Positions 50,049-59,728 are shown, counted from the first letter of the stretch. The stretch is DNA of 64,000 nt from an uncultured Collinsella sp. (GCA_902496455.1 CABVAY010000007.1:422-64421), one strand, 5' to 3'. Numbers and translations: made by a program. The notes: generated by a model not told the origin, from the letters alone.

Positions 50049-51473
50049 CTATCGACCTCCCTGCATAGCGGGCTCATCGCGCATGAGCTCAGCCAATGCC
50101 TCGCGATCGATACGCAGCGCATCGCCGCCGACTGGGTCGAGCGAATCGCCCTGTCCGGCGAAATCTTTGGCCTGTTTGCGCTCCGCGCGGGAAAGGCCCC
50201 GCTCGCGATACTTTTGCGAGTGTGCTGTGTACATGTTGATAAACAGGATGACCAAGAAGCTGAACGCAATTACGACCACGACCCAAAAGAGGGCCACCGA
50301 CGTATTGCCGCCCATCCACTCAAAGTAGATGGCGATGGGGATGGTCTGGGTAATGCCGGCGTAGTTGCCCGCAAAGAACAGGGTGCAGCCAAACTCGCCC
50401 ATCGCGCGGGCAAAGGCAAGCACCGTACCGGAGGCAATCGAGGGCCAGCCAAGCGGCATCATAAGCTTGGTAAAGATGCGACGCTCGGACCAGCCCAGCG
50501 TGCGCGCCGCATCGAGCATCTGCGTGTCGAGGCTCTCGAAGGCTCCGAGCGCCGTACGATAGACGAGCGGGAACGACACCACCACGGCAGAGATCACCGC
50601 CGCCGGCCACGTAAAGACGATCGAGACACCGTGCGCGATCAGCCACTGGCCCACCCCGGTCGAGCGGCCAAACAGCATGAGGAGCAGAAAGCCGCAGACC
50701 GTGGGCGGCAGCACCATAGGAATCGTAAAGACCGAATCGAGCAGGCCCTTGATGCGACTCGAGGTACCCATAGTCTTCCACGCGGCGAACAAGCCCAGCT
50801 CAAAGGAGATCAGCAGGGCAAGGCCGCTCGTTTTTATGGACACCCAAAACGGTCGGTAGTCGATGCCGCCCAAAAAGGAGGCCAGAGAGGTCAAGGGGAC
50901 CTGCTTATCCCGCAACACGACAGACGATGCCTCTACCATTTGAGCGCTATCAAGCCAACGCGCGCCGCCCTTGGCATCACCCGAGGCTGATGCAATCACC
51001 ACATAGCGGTCCCCATCCGCACCGCGCTCGTCAAAGCCATAGGTATACCCGCCGGTCTCAAACGTTGTTTCCGCCGTGACATACCAAGGAAGATCCACGT
51101 CCCCTAGCTGCGCACCTCCCATGCAGTTTGCGCTGTCGAGCTCACAGACGAGGGCCTTGAGACCCGATACGCACTCGTTATCCTGTGAATCCAATCCATA
51201 CTTCTCGACCGCCTTGGGCGATATCCACACCACAACGCGATCGGCAGCGGGCGCCACCACAAGGTCCACGTCCTCGTCAACGGGAAACCGGTAGCCCTCA
51301 GGCTGGCCCTCCATGGCACGAGCGGTCCCCTTGGCCAACCGCTCAAAACCCTCGATCCCATAGGAAAGCCCATGAGCGGTCGCAGCAACCTGGGCCCCGT
51401 CCTCAGCGTCCCCGGCAAACGCAAATCCCGGCACCCAGCAAAGCGCGAAGGTCAAAGCACAGGCGACAAGCAT
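50049..51473 (-). CDS. modB: Molybdate ABC transporter permease fused to an N-terminal extracytoplasmic domain of about 200 aa
   Basis: The C-terminal half has the ModB/CysTW permease core (EAA-like DAARTLGWSERRIF). The N-terminus has a signal-like MLVACALTFALCWVPGFAFA followed by a soluble domain. The start could instead be GTG 51560. Confidence 0.8.
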   Translation of the reverse strand: MLVACALTFALCWVPGFAFAGDAEDGAQVAATAHGLSYGIEGFERLAKGTARAMEGQPEGYRFPVDEDVDLVVAPAADRVVVWISPKAVEKYGLDSQDNECVSGLKALVCELDSANCMGGAQLGDVDLPWYVTAETTFETGGYTYGFDERGADGDRYVVIASASGDAKGGARWLDSAQMVEASSVVLRDKQVPLTSLASFLGGIDYRPFWVSIKTSGLALLISFELGLFAAWKTMGTSSRIKGLLDSVFTIPMVLPPTVCGFLLLMLFGRSTGVGQWLIAHGVSIVFTWPAAVISAVVVSFPLVYRTALGAFESLDTQMLDAARTLGWSERRIFTKLMMPLGWPSIASGTVLAFARAMGEFGCTLFFAGNYAGITQTIPIAIYFEWMGGNTSVALFWVVVVIAFSFLVILFINMYTAHSQKYRERGLSRAERKQAKDFAGQGDSLDPVGGDALRIDREALAELMRDEPAMQGGR

Positions 51474-51559
51474 GCGGAATCTATTAAGCACGAAAAGCTC
51501 CAAGCGAATACAAGGACGGAGTGAAACACAAAACGATGGAATTATCGCGCCAAGCCGCA

Positions 51560-52429
51560 CTACGCGGAAAGCTCAAAGCCGTACTTAGCCCAAATCTTCT
51601 GGGCCTTTTTGTTGGTCAGACAGAAGTCGATGAACGCCTTGGCTTCGTCGGCATGCTCGGAGCTCTCGGCGACAGCGCCCGGATACACGATGGGTTTGTG
51701 CGAATCCTCGGGGCACACGAAGGCCTCCTCGATGCCATCGTAGCGGAAGATATCGGAGCTGTAGACAAAACCGGCCACGCAGTCGCCTGTGGACACATAG
51801 GCGGCGGCGGTACCAACTTTGTCGGCCAGCGCCACCTTGTCGGCAATCTCGGGCGCGTACTCGCCGTCATCGCCCTCGGTGCCGGTGTAGAGGCCCACGG
51901 AAGCCAGCGCCTGATTGGCGTACTTACCGGCGGGGACGGTCTTGGCGTCGCCGATGGCGATCTTGCCGTCCAGGTTCGCGACGTCGGCGATGGCCTCGAC
52001 GTTGGTGTCGGAGCCCTCGGCGCGAATGATCACAAGGTCGTTGACGAACATGTCCTCACGCGTGTCGGCGTCAACGAGCTCGGCGGCCTCGGCGTCGTCC
52101 ATGGTGCCCTTGGAAGCAGTGATGAGCACGTCGACGGCGGCACCGGCGCGCATCTGCTCGACAAGGTCACCGGACGCCTTAAACTGCGTGTCGGCAAAGG
52201 TGATGCCGGTCTGGCCGGTGTAGAGCTCTTGGACCTCGGGAAGGGCCTTCTCGAGGGAGTTAGCAGCGAAAACCTGCAGCTCGACAGCCTTCTTCTTAGA
52301 GGAAGACTTGGCGGAGCCGGCATCGGAACCAGCGAGCTCGGACGTCTTGTTGCCCGAGCAGCCGGCAAGGCCAAGGCCGGCGGCAGCAGAAAGCGAGACA
52401 AAACCGCGGCGTGAAACCATATCGAACAT
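51560..52429 (-). CDS. modA: Molybdate ABC transporter substrate-binding lipoprotein
   Basis: Lipobox LGLAGCSG and periplasmic-binding-protein fold. ATG 52429 lies 6 nt after AAAGGG. Confidence 0.85.
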   Translation of the reverse strand: MFDMVSRRGFVSLSAAAGLGLAGCSGNKTSELAGSDAGSAKSSSKKKAVELQVFAANSLEKALPEVQELYTGQTGITFADTQFKASGDLVEQMRAGAAVDVLITASKGTMDDAEAAELVDADTREDMFVNDLVIIRAEGSDTNVEAIADVANLDGKIAIGDAKTVPAGKYANQALASVGLYTGTEGDDGEYAPEIADKVALADKVGTAAAYVSTGDCVAGFVYSSDIFRYDGIEEAFVCPEDSHKPIVYPGAVAESSEHADEAKAFIDFCLTNKKAQKIWAKYGFELSA

Positions 52430-52525
52430 ATTCAACCCTTTCGGATCTTGTGCCCGGGTACCCCACCGCGGGCTTTAATCTGTTACTAGATTATACTTCT
52501 GCGCGAATAATGATTATGAGAAATT

Positions 52526-52541
52526 ATTCTCTCCAGAGAAT
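52526..52541. promoter_or_regulatory. Perfect 16-bp palindrome upstream of modA
   Basis: ATTCTCTCCAGAGAAT lies about 30 nt upstream of a minus-strand TATAAT box (52490-52495) in an AT-rich leader. Confidence 0.4.
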
Positions 52542-52582
52542 ATAGTTTCAAGTTACCGTGCACCTCGGTGTCGCTTCGGCGG

Positions 52583-52618
52583 AAAACAAAAGCGGAGCGA
52601 CCGATAAGGTCGCCCCGC
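52583..52618 (-). terminator. Intrinsic terminator after the MogA/MoaB-family gene
   Basis: Stem GCGGGGCGACC/GGTCGCTCCGC followed by UUUUGUUUU on the minus strand. Confidence 0.8.
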
Positions 52619-52632
52619 CGCAGGTAAACCGC

Positions 52633-53112
52633 TTAGTTGGTATGTCCGCCGCCCGCTGTCATCTGAGCCGCATGCTCCAGCTGGTCCGCTATGGCCTCCC
52701 AGCTTTCGCGGGCGGCCTTCGTAGAACCGGGAAAGTTTACGACAAGTGTATGACCTCGTTGCATGCAAATAGCACGCGAGAGCATGGCGCGGCGCGTCTT
52801 GGACATGGAGTACGCACGGATTGCCTCTGCAATACCCGGCACATCGCGGTCGCAAACGGCACGCGTCGCCTCGGGCGTCACATCACGCATCGAAAGCCCC
52901 GTGCCGCCGCAGGTGAGCACGACATTGGCGTGGCACTCATCGGCGGCTTCCACAATGGCATCACCGATCTCGCTGGCGTCGTCGCGCACGACCACATGTG
53001 AGGCAACCGTCCAGCCCTGCGCCTCGATAAGTTCCTCGAGTGCAGCACCCGCCTCGTCCTGAGCAAGATCGCGCGTATCCGAGCACGTCACGATCGAAAT
53101 CTTCAACTCCAT
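52633..53112 (-). CDS. MogA/MoaB-family molybdopterin adenylyltransferase
   Basis: 159 aa from ATG 53112 (AGGAGG Shine-Dalgarno sequence). Motifs TCGGTGLSMRDVTPEA and NFPGST. Confidence 0.8.
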   Translation of the reverse strand: MELKISIVTCSDTRDLAQDEAGAALEELIEAQGWTVASHVVVRDDASEIGDAIVEAADECHANVVLTCGGTGLSMRDVTPEATRAVCDRDVPGIAEAIRAYSMSKTRRAMLSRAICMQRGHTLVVNFPGSTKAARESWEAIADQLEHAAQMTAGGGHTN

Positions 53113-53122
53113 AGTCTTCCTC

Positions 53123-54385
53123 CTACAACACCGTTCCCTCGGGCAGGTCGACGCGCACGACATCCACGACGTCGCCCGCCTTAAGCTCGCACGGTCCTTC
53201 GTCAATACGCAACAGGCAGTTCGCGCGCTGCATAGTTCCGAGCAGCGCCGAATTCTGCGTCTTGGCCTCGGTCACCAACAGCTCACTGGTCTCGGGGTCG
53301 CGCAAAACCGTGGCGCGATCGAAGAAGCGTCGGTCCTGGCGCTTCTTCACGCCGTGCGTGAGCGTCGCCTGCTGCACGGGACGCGAACCCTCGGCAAAGC
53401 CGCGCATCTTGCGAATCGCGGGGCGGGCAAGCATCTCAAAGCCCACATACGCCGCGGCCGGATTGCCTGAAAGTCCCAGGTAGGGCTTACCCCCGAGCAA
53501 GCCAAACGTGATGGCCTTGCCCGGACGCATCGAGATGCGGTCAAACAGCACCTCGCCCTCGCGCCGGACGAGCGCCGTCACGTAGTCGTAATCGCCCGCC
53601 GAGGCGCCACCGCTCGTAATGACAAAATCGCACTCCTGCACGGCGCGATGCACAAGCTCGGCAATCGCCTGCTCATCATCGGGCGCAATGCCGTAGAACA
53701 CGGGCTCGGCACCGGCATCGAGTGCCTCAGCCATCAGCGCCGAGGAGTTGGAATCGCGAATCTGACCGCGCGCCGGTACCTTACTCGGTGCGACCAGTTC
53801 CGTGCCCAGCGAGATAATGCCCACGCGCGGGGCAGCGTGCACCTTCACGCTTGCATACCCGGCGCTTGCCAGCAGACCCGCGCCCGCCGGGGCCACAACC
53901 TCTCCAGCACGCATCACGACGTCACCGGCATGGGCCTCCTCGGCGGCAGAGCGAACATTCTCCCCTACCTTGGCAGGTGCCGAGAAGCTCACGTGCGAGC
54001 CCTCGTTGCCGTCACCGTCAAGTACCTCGACAATCTCGTATTTCACCACGGCATCCGCGCCCTCGGGCACCGGCGCGCCCGTCATGATGCGAACCGTCTC
54101 GCCCGCGCCGATTGCGTCCTCAAACACATGGCCCGCGGCCTCGTGTCCGATAACGTCGAGCGTCACTGGCGCCTCGCCAGATGCCTGCACCAAGTCCGCC
54201 GAGCGCACGGCATATCCGTCCATAGCGCTGTTGGCAAACGGCGAGATGTCGATATCGGCCACCGCGTCCTCGGCCAAGGGAAAACCAGCCGCCTGCCACA
54301 CGGGAATCTCGACGAGATCGGACGGAGCAACGTGCGACAAAACAATCGACTGCGCGTCCTCCAGCGGAATGAGTTTCTCTGCCAT
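53123..54385 (-). CDS. moeA: Molybdopterin molybdenumtransferase
   Basis: About 420 aa, four-domain MoeA layout. Motifs SPFANSAMDGYAV and TSGGASAGDYDY. Confidence 0.88.
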   Translation of the reverse strand: MAEKLIPLEDAQSIVLSHVAPSDLVEIPVWQAAGFPLAEDAVADIDISPFANSAMDGYAVRSADLVQASGEAPVTLDVIGHEAAGHVFEDAIGAGETVRIMTGAPVPEGADAVVKYEIVEVLDGDGNEGSHVSFSAPAKVGENVRSAAEEAHAGDVVMRAGEVVAPAGAGLLASAGYASVKVHAAPRVGIISLGTELVAPSKVPARGQIRDSNSSALMAEALDAGAEPVFYGIAPDDEQAIAELVHRAVQECDFVITSGGASAGDYDYVTALVRREGEVLFDRISMRPGKAITFGLLGGKPYLGLSGNPAAAYVGFEMLARPAIRKMRGFAEGSRPVQQATLTHGVKKRQDRRFFDRATVLRDPETSELLVTEAKTQNSALLGTMQRANCLLRIDEGPCELKAGDVVDVVRVDLPEGTVL

Positions 54386-54595
54386 ATGCACCTCTTAATG
54401 CCACGGCGCACAACAGGGGCGCCGATTCTTTATGCTTGTCTCAGTATAATCCCCCGATGCACGGCCGCGACTCGGTCTGTACCCGCAAATACACCTGTCG
54501 GTTGCAGGCCGCGAAACAGAATGGAAACCAACCCACCGGCTCGTCGCGTTTACCGCGTTTTATAATGCTTGCGTTGCAACCTAAAAGAGGAACGT

Positions 54596-56017
54596 ATGGC
54601 TCATAACGACAAACCCGAAAGCGCAAACGAAACGCAGGATCATTCCCAGCCGCTCGACGACGGCGGCTTTTTCTCCCTGAACGACGTCATCACGGCAGGC
54701 AGGCATCAGATCACCCGCTCCGAGCAGCTCTTGGCTGCCGACACGCGCCGCAACGCCCGCAACCTACTCGCGAGCGCTAAGTTGCTCGTACTCGTCGTCA
54801 TCGTCTCGCTCGCCATGGGCGTTGCCGCTTGGGCGTTTTTGGCGTCGCTGAATATCGCGACCGATTATCGCGAGCACCATGCGTGGATTTACGCGCTGCT
54901 TCCCGTTGTGGGCGTTGCCACCGCATGGGTGTACAAAAACCACGGTCTTGCCGCCAAACGCGGTAACAACCTGGTCATCGACTCCGCTCTGGGCACACGC
55001 CTCATCCATATGCGCATGGCCATCCTCACCTTCGTCTGCTCCACGCTCACGCACCTCACCGGCGGCTCGGCCGGTCGCGAGGGAGCCGCGGTGCAGATTG
55101 GCGGCACCATCGCCAGCAACATCTCGAGCCTCGCCCACCTCAAAAAGCATGACCACCACGACCTCATGCTCGCCGGTATCTCGTCGGCCTTTGGCGCCGT
55201 ATTCGGCTCACCCCTTGCCGGGGCTTTCTTTGGCATGGAGATGTGTTTTATCGGCAAGATCGACTACACCGCGGGCATCTACTGCCTGGTCGCCTCGTTT
55301 ACCGGCTACTTTACATCACTCGCCCTGGGTACCGAGTACGAAGCAAATGTCATCGCCAGCGTTCCCGCTATGACGCCCAAAACGGTCGTCATCGTTGTTA
55401 TCAGCGCCATTATCTTCGGTCTGACGGCACGCCTCTTTGCCTGGTCAGTTCGAACCGTCAAGAGCCTGTACGGTCGCTTTATCACCAATTACCTCGTTCG
55501 CGCACTCATAGGCGCACTCGTGGTTTTGGCCGCCTATGCCCTTCTCGACGCCTGGGACTACGCCGGCCTTTCCACGTGGCTTTCCGGCGCCGGATTTGCC
55601 GGCAACACCACCCTGGCAGACGCAGCCATCAAGTTGGTCGTCACAGCGCTTACCCTGGGTGCGGGCTTCCAAGGCGGCGAGGTCACGCCCCTGTTTGGCA
55701 TCGGTGCGGCGCTCGGCGGCTGGATCGGTTGCCTCGTCGGAATCGACCCCAGTTTTCTGGCAGCGCTGGGCATGCTCGGCGTGTTCTGCGCCGGCCTCAA
55801 CGTGCCCATCACCACCTGTATGATGGCCATCGACCTGTTCCACGGCACGGCAGCCGGGTTCTTTGTCATCGTGGCCTTTATCAGCTACCTAACTGCCGGA
55901 CACCGCGGCGTGTACCCCGCCCAGCGCATCATCTCACCCAAGCGCCGTTCGCTTATTGTGGATGAGGGCGGTACGGTAGCGGATGCTATCGAGCGCCACA
56001 ACGACCTGATAGAGTAG
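54596..56017 (+). CDS. ClC-family voltage-gated chloride channel / H+-Cl- antiporter
   Basis: GSAGREGAAVQIGG and GFQGGEVTPLFGIGAALG selectivity-filter-like motifs; polytopic. ATG 54596 follows GAGG. Confidence 0.85.
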   Translation: MAHNDKPESANETQDHSQPLDDGGFFSLNDVITAGRHQITRSEQLLAADTRRNARNLLASAKLLVLVVIVSLAMGVAAWAFLASLNIATDYREHHAWIYALLPVVGVATAWVYKNHGLAAKRGNNLVIDSALGTRLIHMRMAILTFVCSTLTHLTGGSAGREGAAVQIGGTIASNISSLAHLKKHDHHDLMLAGISSAFGAVFGSPLAGAFFGMEMCFIGKIDYTAGIYCLVASFTGYFTSLALGTEYEANVIASVPAMTPKTVVIVVISAIIFGLTARLFAWSVRTVKSLYGRFITNYLVRALIGALVVLAAYALLDAWDYAGLSTWLSGAGFAGNTTLADAAIKLVVTALTLGAGFQGGEVTPLFGIGAALGGWIGCLVGIDPSFLAALGMLGVFCAGLNVPITTCMMAIDLFHGTAAGFFVIVAFISYLTAGHRGVYPAQRIISPKRRSLIVDEGGTVADAIERHNDLIE

Positions 56018-56104
56018 ACGTAAGTATTCGACGTGCAGCCACAATCGGGGGCAATTCGACCTGAGCGCGACCGCACCGTCACGTCATACGCCGGGAGTCG
56101 CCCC

Positions 56105-57067
56105 ATGCACGCAACTGATTTTGGCCGCACGCTCATCATCGCCAACCCAGCCGCCCAGTCGGGTGCGGCGCACGAAGTTGCCGAGCGCCTGCAACGCTTT
56201 TTGGACATGACTGCACGCGCATCCCAGTTTGACTTGGTGCTAACCGAGCGCATGGGACACGCCAAGGAGCTGACCGCACAGGCCCAGGGCTATCGCACCG
56301 TTATCGCCCTTGGCGGCGACGGCGTGATTCACGAGGTCGTCAACGGGCTTATGACGCAAGAGGAGGACACCCGCCCCGCTCTTGCCATTCTACCCGTGGG
56401 CTCTGGCAACGATTTTGCCCAAACGCTCGGCATCGACGATTTCTCCGGTAAGGATTTTGGCGCGCTGCTCACCTGCAAGCTGCAGCGTCAGGACATCGGG
56501 CGCATTCGCTCGTGGAGCCCTGCGAGCGGCAGCGGCGAGGCTACCGTTGAGTACTACGACCAGACGCTCTCGGTCGGCATCGATGCCGCCATCGGCCTGG
56601 GCACCACCGAGCTGCGCAAAAAGACGGGCCTCGCCGGCGCTCCGCTCTACACCCTATCGGGACTTGAGCAGTTTGGCCTGCGCTATCGCAACTACCCCAT
56701 GACCATCAGCTTTGATGGCGCGCCCGCCGAGCGCGTGCGGGCGATTATCATGGCCATCCAGCTGGGACCCACCTATGGCTCGGGCTATCGCATCTGTCCC
56801 GACGCCGACCCGTGCGACGGCATACTCGACGTCTGCTACGCCTGCGGCCCCGTTCCGCGCGCGGTCGCGCTTCCCATGTTCCTTTCGGCCAAAGATGGCC
56901 ACCATACCAAGCTGCCACCGGTTCGCATGCGCCGCTGTCGCCATGCCGAGCTTACCTTTGAGGAGCCCGACTACCCCATCCAGGCCGACGGCGAGCCCGT
57001 TGTCGCCTCGCGCATCGAGGTCGACATCCTCGCCGGCGCCCTCCACGTCTGGCACCCCACCCACTAA
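56105..57067 (+). CDS. Diacylglycerol/lipid kinase family protein (YegS/DagK-like)
   Basis: IIANPAAQSG, GGDGVIHEVVNG, LPVGSGNDFA motifs. ATG 56105 follows GGGAG. Confidence 0.82.
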   Translation: MHATDFGRTLIIANPAAQSGAAHEVAERLQRFLDMTARASQFDLVLTERMGHAKELTAQAQGYRTVIALGGDGVIHEVVNGLMTQEEDTRPALAILPVGSGNDFAQTLGIDDFSGKDFGALLTCKLQRQDIGRIRSWSPASGSGEATVEYYDQTLSVGIDAAIGLGTTELRKKTGLAGAPLYTLSGLEQFGLRYRNYPMTISFDGAPAERVRAIIMAIQLGPTYGSGYRICPDADPCDGILDVCYACGPVPRAVALPMFLSAKDGHHTKLPPVRMRRCRHAELTFEEPDYPIQADGEPVVASRIEVDILAGALHVWHPTH

Positions 57068-57075
57068 CCCCACCT

Positions 57076-57143
57076 AAGTTGCGGTGAAATAGGGACTGTT
57101 TATGCAGCTAGAGCCGTAAAACAGTCCCTATTTCACCGCAACT
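57076..57143. repeat. REP-like palindromic repeat, family 1, copy 6 (variant stem)
   Basis: AAGTTGCGGTGAAATAGGGACTG ... CAGTCCCTATTTCACCGCAACT, between the convergent stops at 57067 and 57154. Confidence 0.9.
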
Positions 57144-57153
57144 CATGAGGAGG

Positions 57154-57534
57154 CTATTCGTCGCTGCCCGGCTTGCGACGGTTGGCCTTTTTAATGGCGT
57201 TGAAGTGCTTGTCATTGAGCCTGCGCTGGCGAGAGCGCTGAGGCACCTTGGTCTTTACGCGCCGGCGCGGTGGACGCCCGCGACGCCCAAGCTCGGCGCG
57301 CAGCTTACGCAGGCAGCTACTACGGTTTTGGAACTGACTGCGGCTCTCGCGCGCCGTCACGGTAATCCCCGAAGGGATATGTTTCATACGCACCGCCGAG
57401 TCCGTCGTGTTCACGCCCTGTCCGCCCGGACCCGTCGCGTGAAACACCTGCACCTCGCAATCGCGCGCCAACTCCTCGACCGACATCTCGGCATAGCGCG
57501 CATACTCGCGCCATCCCATCTTGTTCTCATCCAT
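57154..57534 (-). CDS. arfB: Alternative ribosome-rescue factor ArfB-like peptidyl-tRNA hydrolase (GGQ domain plus basic tail)
   Basis: [19 protein letters not shown] motif and a Lys/Arg-rich C-terminal tail. ATG 57534 lies 7 nt after GGAGG. Confidence 0.75.
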   Translation of the reverse strand: MDENKMGWREYARYAEMSVEELARDCEVQVFHATGPGGQGVNTTDSAVRMKHIPSGITVTARESRSQFQNRSSCLRKLRAELGRRGRPPRRRVKTKVPQRSRQRRLNDKHFNAIKKANRRKPGSDE

Positions 57535-57552
57535 ATCAACACCTCCCCTCAT

Positions 57553-57587
57553 AAAAAATGTGACAAAGGGAAAGTCCCTTTGTCACA
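57553..57587 (-). terminator. Intrinsic terminator of xpt
   Basis: 12-bp stem TGTGACAAAGGG/CCCTTTGTCACA followed by UUUUUU on the minus strand. Confidence 0.8.
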
Positions 57588-57615
57588 TCGCATACCAATC
57601 GCTTGTGTTGCGCGC

Positions 57616-58194
57616 TTAGGCGAAGGTGATCTCGCCGGTATCGCAGTCCATATCGGCGATACGGGCCAGGCTCTCAACGCGGAAGCCGCGCTTGCGGAGC
57701 TTATCGCCACCGCCTTGGAAGCCCTTCTCCACCGCAATGCCAATACCAGATACCTCGGCACCCGCAGCCTCACAGATCTTGATAAGACCCTCGAGCGCGC
57801 AGCCGTTGGCCAGGAAGTCGTCGATAATCAGGACCTTGTCGCCCTCGGACAGGAAGCGCTTGCCAACGATAACCGGGTACTCCTTCTGCTTGGTAAAGGA
57901 GTAGATGGTCGTGGCATACTGCTCGCCGTCGAGGTTGATGGACTGTGCCTTCTTGGCAAAGACCACCGGCACGCCGCCAAAATGCTGGGCCGCAATGCAA
58001 GCCATGCCAATGCCCGAAGCCTCGATCGTCAGGATCTTGTTGATCTCGACACCCTCGAACAGACGGGCCCACTCGGCGCCCATATGGTCGAACAGCTCAA
58101 CGTCGCACTGGTGGTTGAGGAAGGCATCAACCTTAAGGACGTTACCGGCCTTTACGATGCCGTCATGGCGAATACGATCCTCAAGCTCCTGCAT
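57616..58194 (-). CDS. xpt: Xanthine phosphoribosyltransferase
   Basis: 192 aa, [12 protein letters not shown]-binding [11 protein letters not shown]. Confidence 0.9.
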   Translation of the reverse strand: MQELEDRIRHDGIVKAGNVLKVDAFLNHQCDVELFDHMGAEWARLFEGVEINKILTIEASGIGMACIAAQHFGGVPVVFAKKAQSINLDGEQYATTIYSFTKQKEYPVIVGKRFLSEGDKVLIIDDFLANGCALEGLIKICEAAGAEVSGIGIAVEKGFQGGGDKLRKRGFRVESLARIADMDCDTGEITFA

Positions 58195-58351
58195 GGCGCA
58201 ACCCCTTCTCGCGGCAACGATACCGCGCGATTAATAAACGTTGTTCGATAGTCTACCACGGACCGACCCCCGCCCGTCCCACAAGCCGCATCGCACCACA
58301 AACCAGTCTTTTTGGGACGGCGCGAATCGTGGCAGACAGCCTCCCAACACG

Positions 58352-59656
58352 CTAATGGCGGGCGCGCATCTTCACCAAACGCACCATGGCAAGCGCAAAG
58401 CCCACAGCGGCCACAGCCATCAACACATAGAACACCGAACGGAAACCAAACAGGAACACATCCGGACGTCCTGCAACAAAACTGGTCACGGCCTCGCCCA
58501 TCGCCACGCTCATCTGTCCATACAGGATATTCGACGCCACCGTAATGCCGAGTGCCATACCCGCATAACGCGCCAGGCTACCCAGACTACCCGCAAAGCC
58601 GAGTGCTTCGCGCGGAGCCGAGCCCATATACAACGAGTTGTTAGGACTCTGGAAAACCGACGTACCGCACGACATAAACGCGACACAGCACACGATCACA
58701 GGGATAGAAGAGCGCTCGTCGAGCGTGCTTACCGCAAAGAGACCGCACACATACACGCCCAGGCCGACCGCCGTAGGGCCCTCGCAGCCAACACGGTCCG
58801 AAACCGTTCCCGAAAGCGGCCCGATAAAGGCATTCACCATCGGCAGCGCCAAAAAGAGCAATCCGGAAATGTCGGAACCAAAGCCGTGGGCGTCCTGAAA
58901 ATAGAACGGCAGAATAAACTCGGATGCGCCAATGCCAACGAACACGATGAGCATGCAGGCAAGGTTGATGGTGAAGGTCGAATTTGCAAAGCAGCGACGC
59001 GCGGCCTCCGCCAGCGACATGGGGCGCTCGCCGGCCTCCGGCTTTACATGCGGCAGCGTGTAGAGCCCCACGATAAACGAGATTACGCCGATGGGCAGGT
59101 TGATGAGGAAGATGCTCTCCCAGGGAAAACTTGCCACCAGCATGCCGCCGAGCACGGGGCCACACATCATGCCGAGGGCCACAAAGGTCGCGAGAATACC
59201 CATGGCACGGCCTCGTTCGCGCGCCGGAAACGACTCGGTGATGATACCCATGTTGTTAGCCATGGCCGCCGCGCAACCGATGCCCTGAACAATGCGTGCC
59301 AGGATAAGAACCTCGAGCGAGGCCGAAAGGCCGCACAGCAGCGAACCGACCGAAAAGACGATGACGCCCAACTGGAACACATTCACCTTGCCGCGCACGT
59401 CGCCCAGACGGCCAAACGGCAACATAGCCACGCAAGTCGCAAGCAGATACACCGAGCTTACCAGCTGAATGCGGTCGAGGCCCACGCCCAGCTCCTTTTG
59501 CATCACGGGCAGCGCCACGGTCACGACGGTCGAATCCAGACACACCATAAACGTCATGATGAGCACGGTAAACAGAATCGCCCATTTGTTCTTGCCATGG
59601 GTGTCGCCCTCAAGGGCAATGTGCTCGCGGCGCAGCTGCTCTGCGGTTTTCTCCAT
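58352..59656 (-). CDS. MFS transporter (drug:H+ antiporter-like)
   Basis: Motif A-like LPFGRLGDVRGK and multiple TM segments. ATG 59656 lies 6-7 nt after AAGGA. Confidence 0.8.
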   Translation of the reverse strand: MEKTAEQLRREHIALEGDTHGKNKWAILFTVLIMTFMVCLDSTVVTVALPVMQKELGVGLDRIQLVSSVYLLATCVAMLPFGRLGDVRGKVNVFQLGVIVFSVGSLLCGLSASLEVLILARIVQGIGCAAAMANNMGIITESFPARERGRAMGILATFVALGMMCGPVLGGMLVASFPWESIFLINLPIGVISFIVGLYTLPHVKPEAGERPMSLAEAARRCFANSTFTINLACMLIVFVGIGASEFILPFYFQDAHGFGSDISGLLFLALPMVNAFIGPLSGTVSDRVGCEGPTAVGLGVYVCGLFAVSTLDERSSIPVIVCCVAFMSCGTSVFQSPNNSLYMGSAPREALGFAGSLGSLARYAGMALGITVASNILYGQMSVAMGEAVTSFVAGRPDVFLFGFRSVFYVLMAVAAVGFALAMVRLVKMRARH

Positions 59657-59681
59657 ATCCATCCTTTCGAGTGGCGCAACG

Positions 59682-59728
59682 CAAAAACGGGACCCCAATC
59701 GCCTGCAAACAATCGCGATTGGGATCCC
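59682..59728 (-). terminator. Intrinsic terminator of metY
   Basis: 14-bp stem GGGATCCCAATCGC/GCGATTGGGGTCCC followed by GUUUUUG on the minus strand. Confidence 0.75.

Noticed and set aside
51474-51560. Alternative modB start at GTG 51560, overlapping the modA stop (TAGTG).
   Set aside because: It would add a 29-aa non-signal-like peptide (MRLGAIIPSFCVSLRPCIRLELFVLNRFR) ahead of a clean signal sequence beginning at ATG 51473. I kept it as an alternative only, because neither start has a strong Shine-Dalgarno sequence.
54386-54595. Possible Moco riboswitch in the moeA / ClC divergent region, and also in the modA leader.
   Set aside because: I cannot recognise the conserved Moco-motif core by eye. 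A CGAGCC string alone is insufficient. An Infernal scan with RF01055 would settle the question.
58195-58351. Possible purine (guanine/xanthine) riboswitch upstream of xpt.
   Set aside because: Only one short hairpin (UCGCGCGGUAUCGUUGCCGCGAGA) lies next to the start codon. The conserved P3 arm and the junction sequence (…UACCGGGCACCGUAAAUGUCCGACUA…) are absent.
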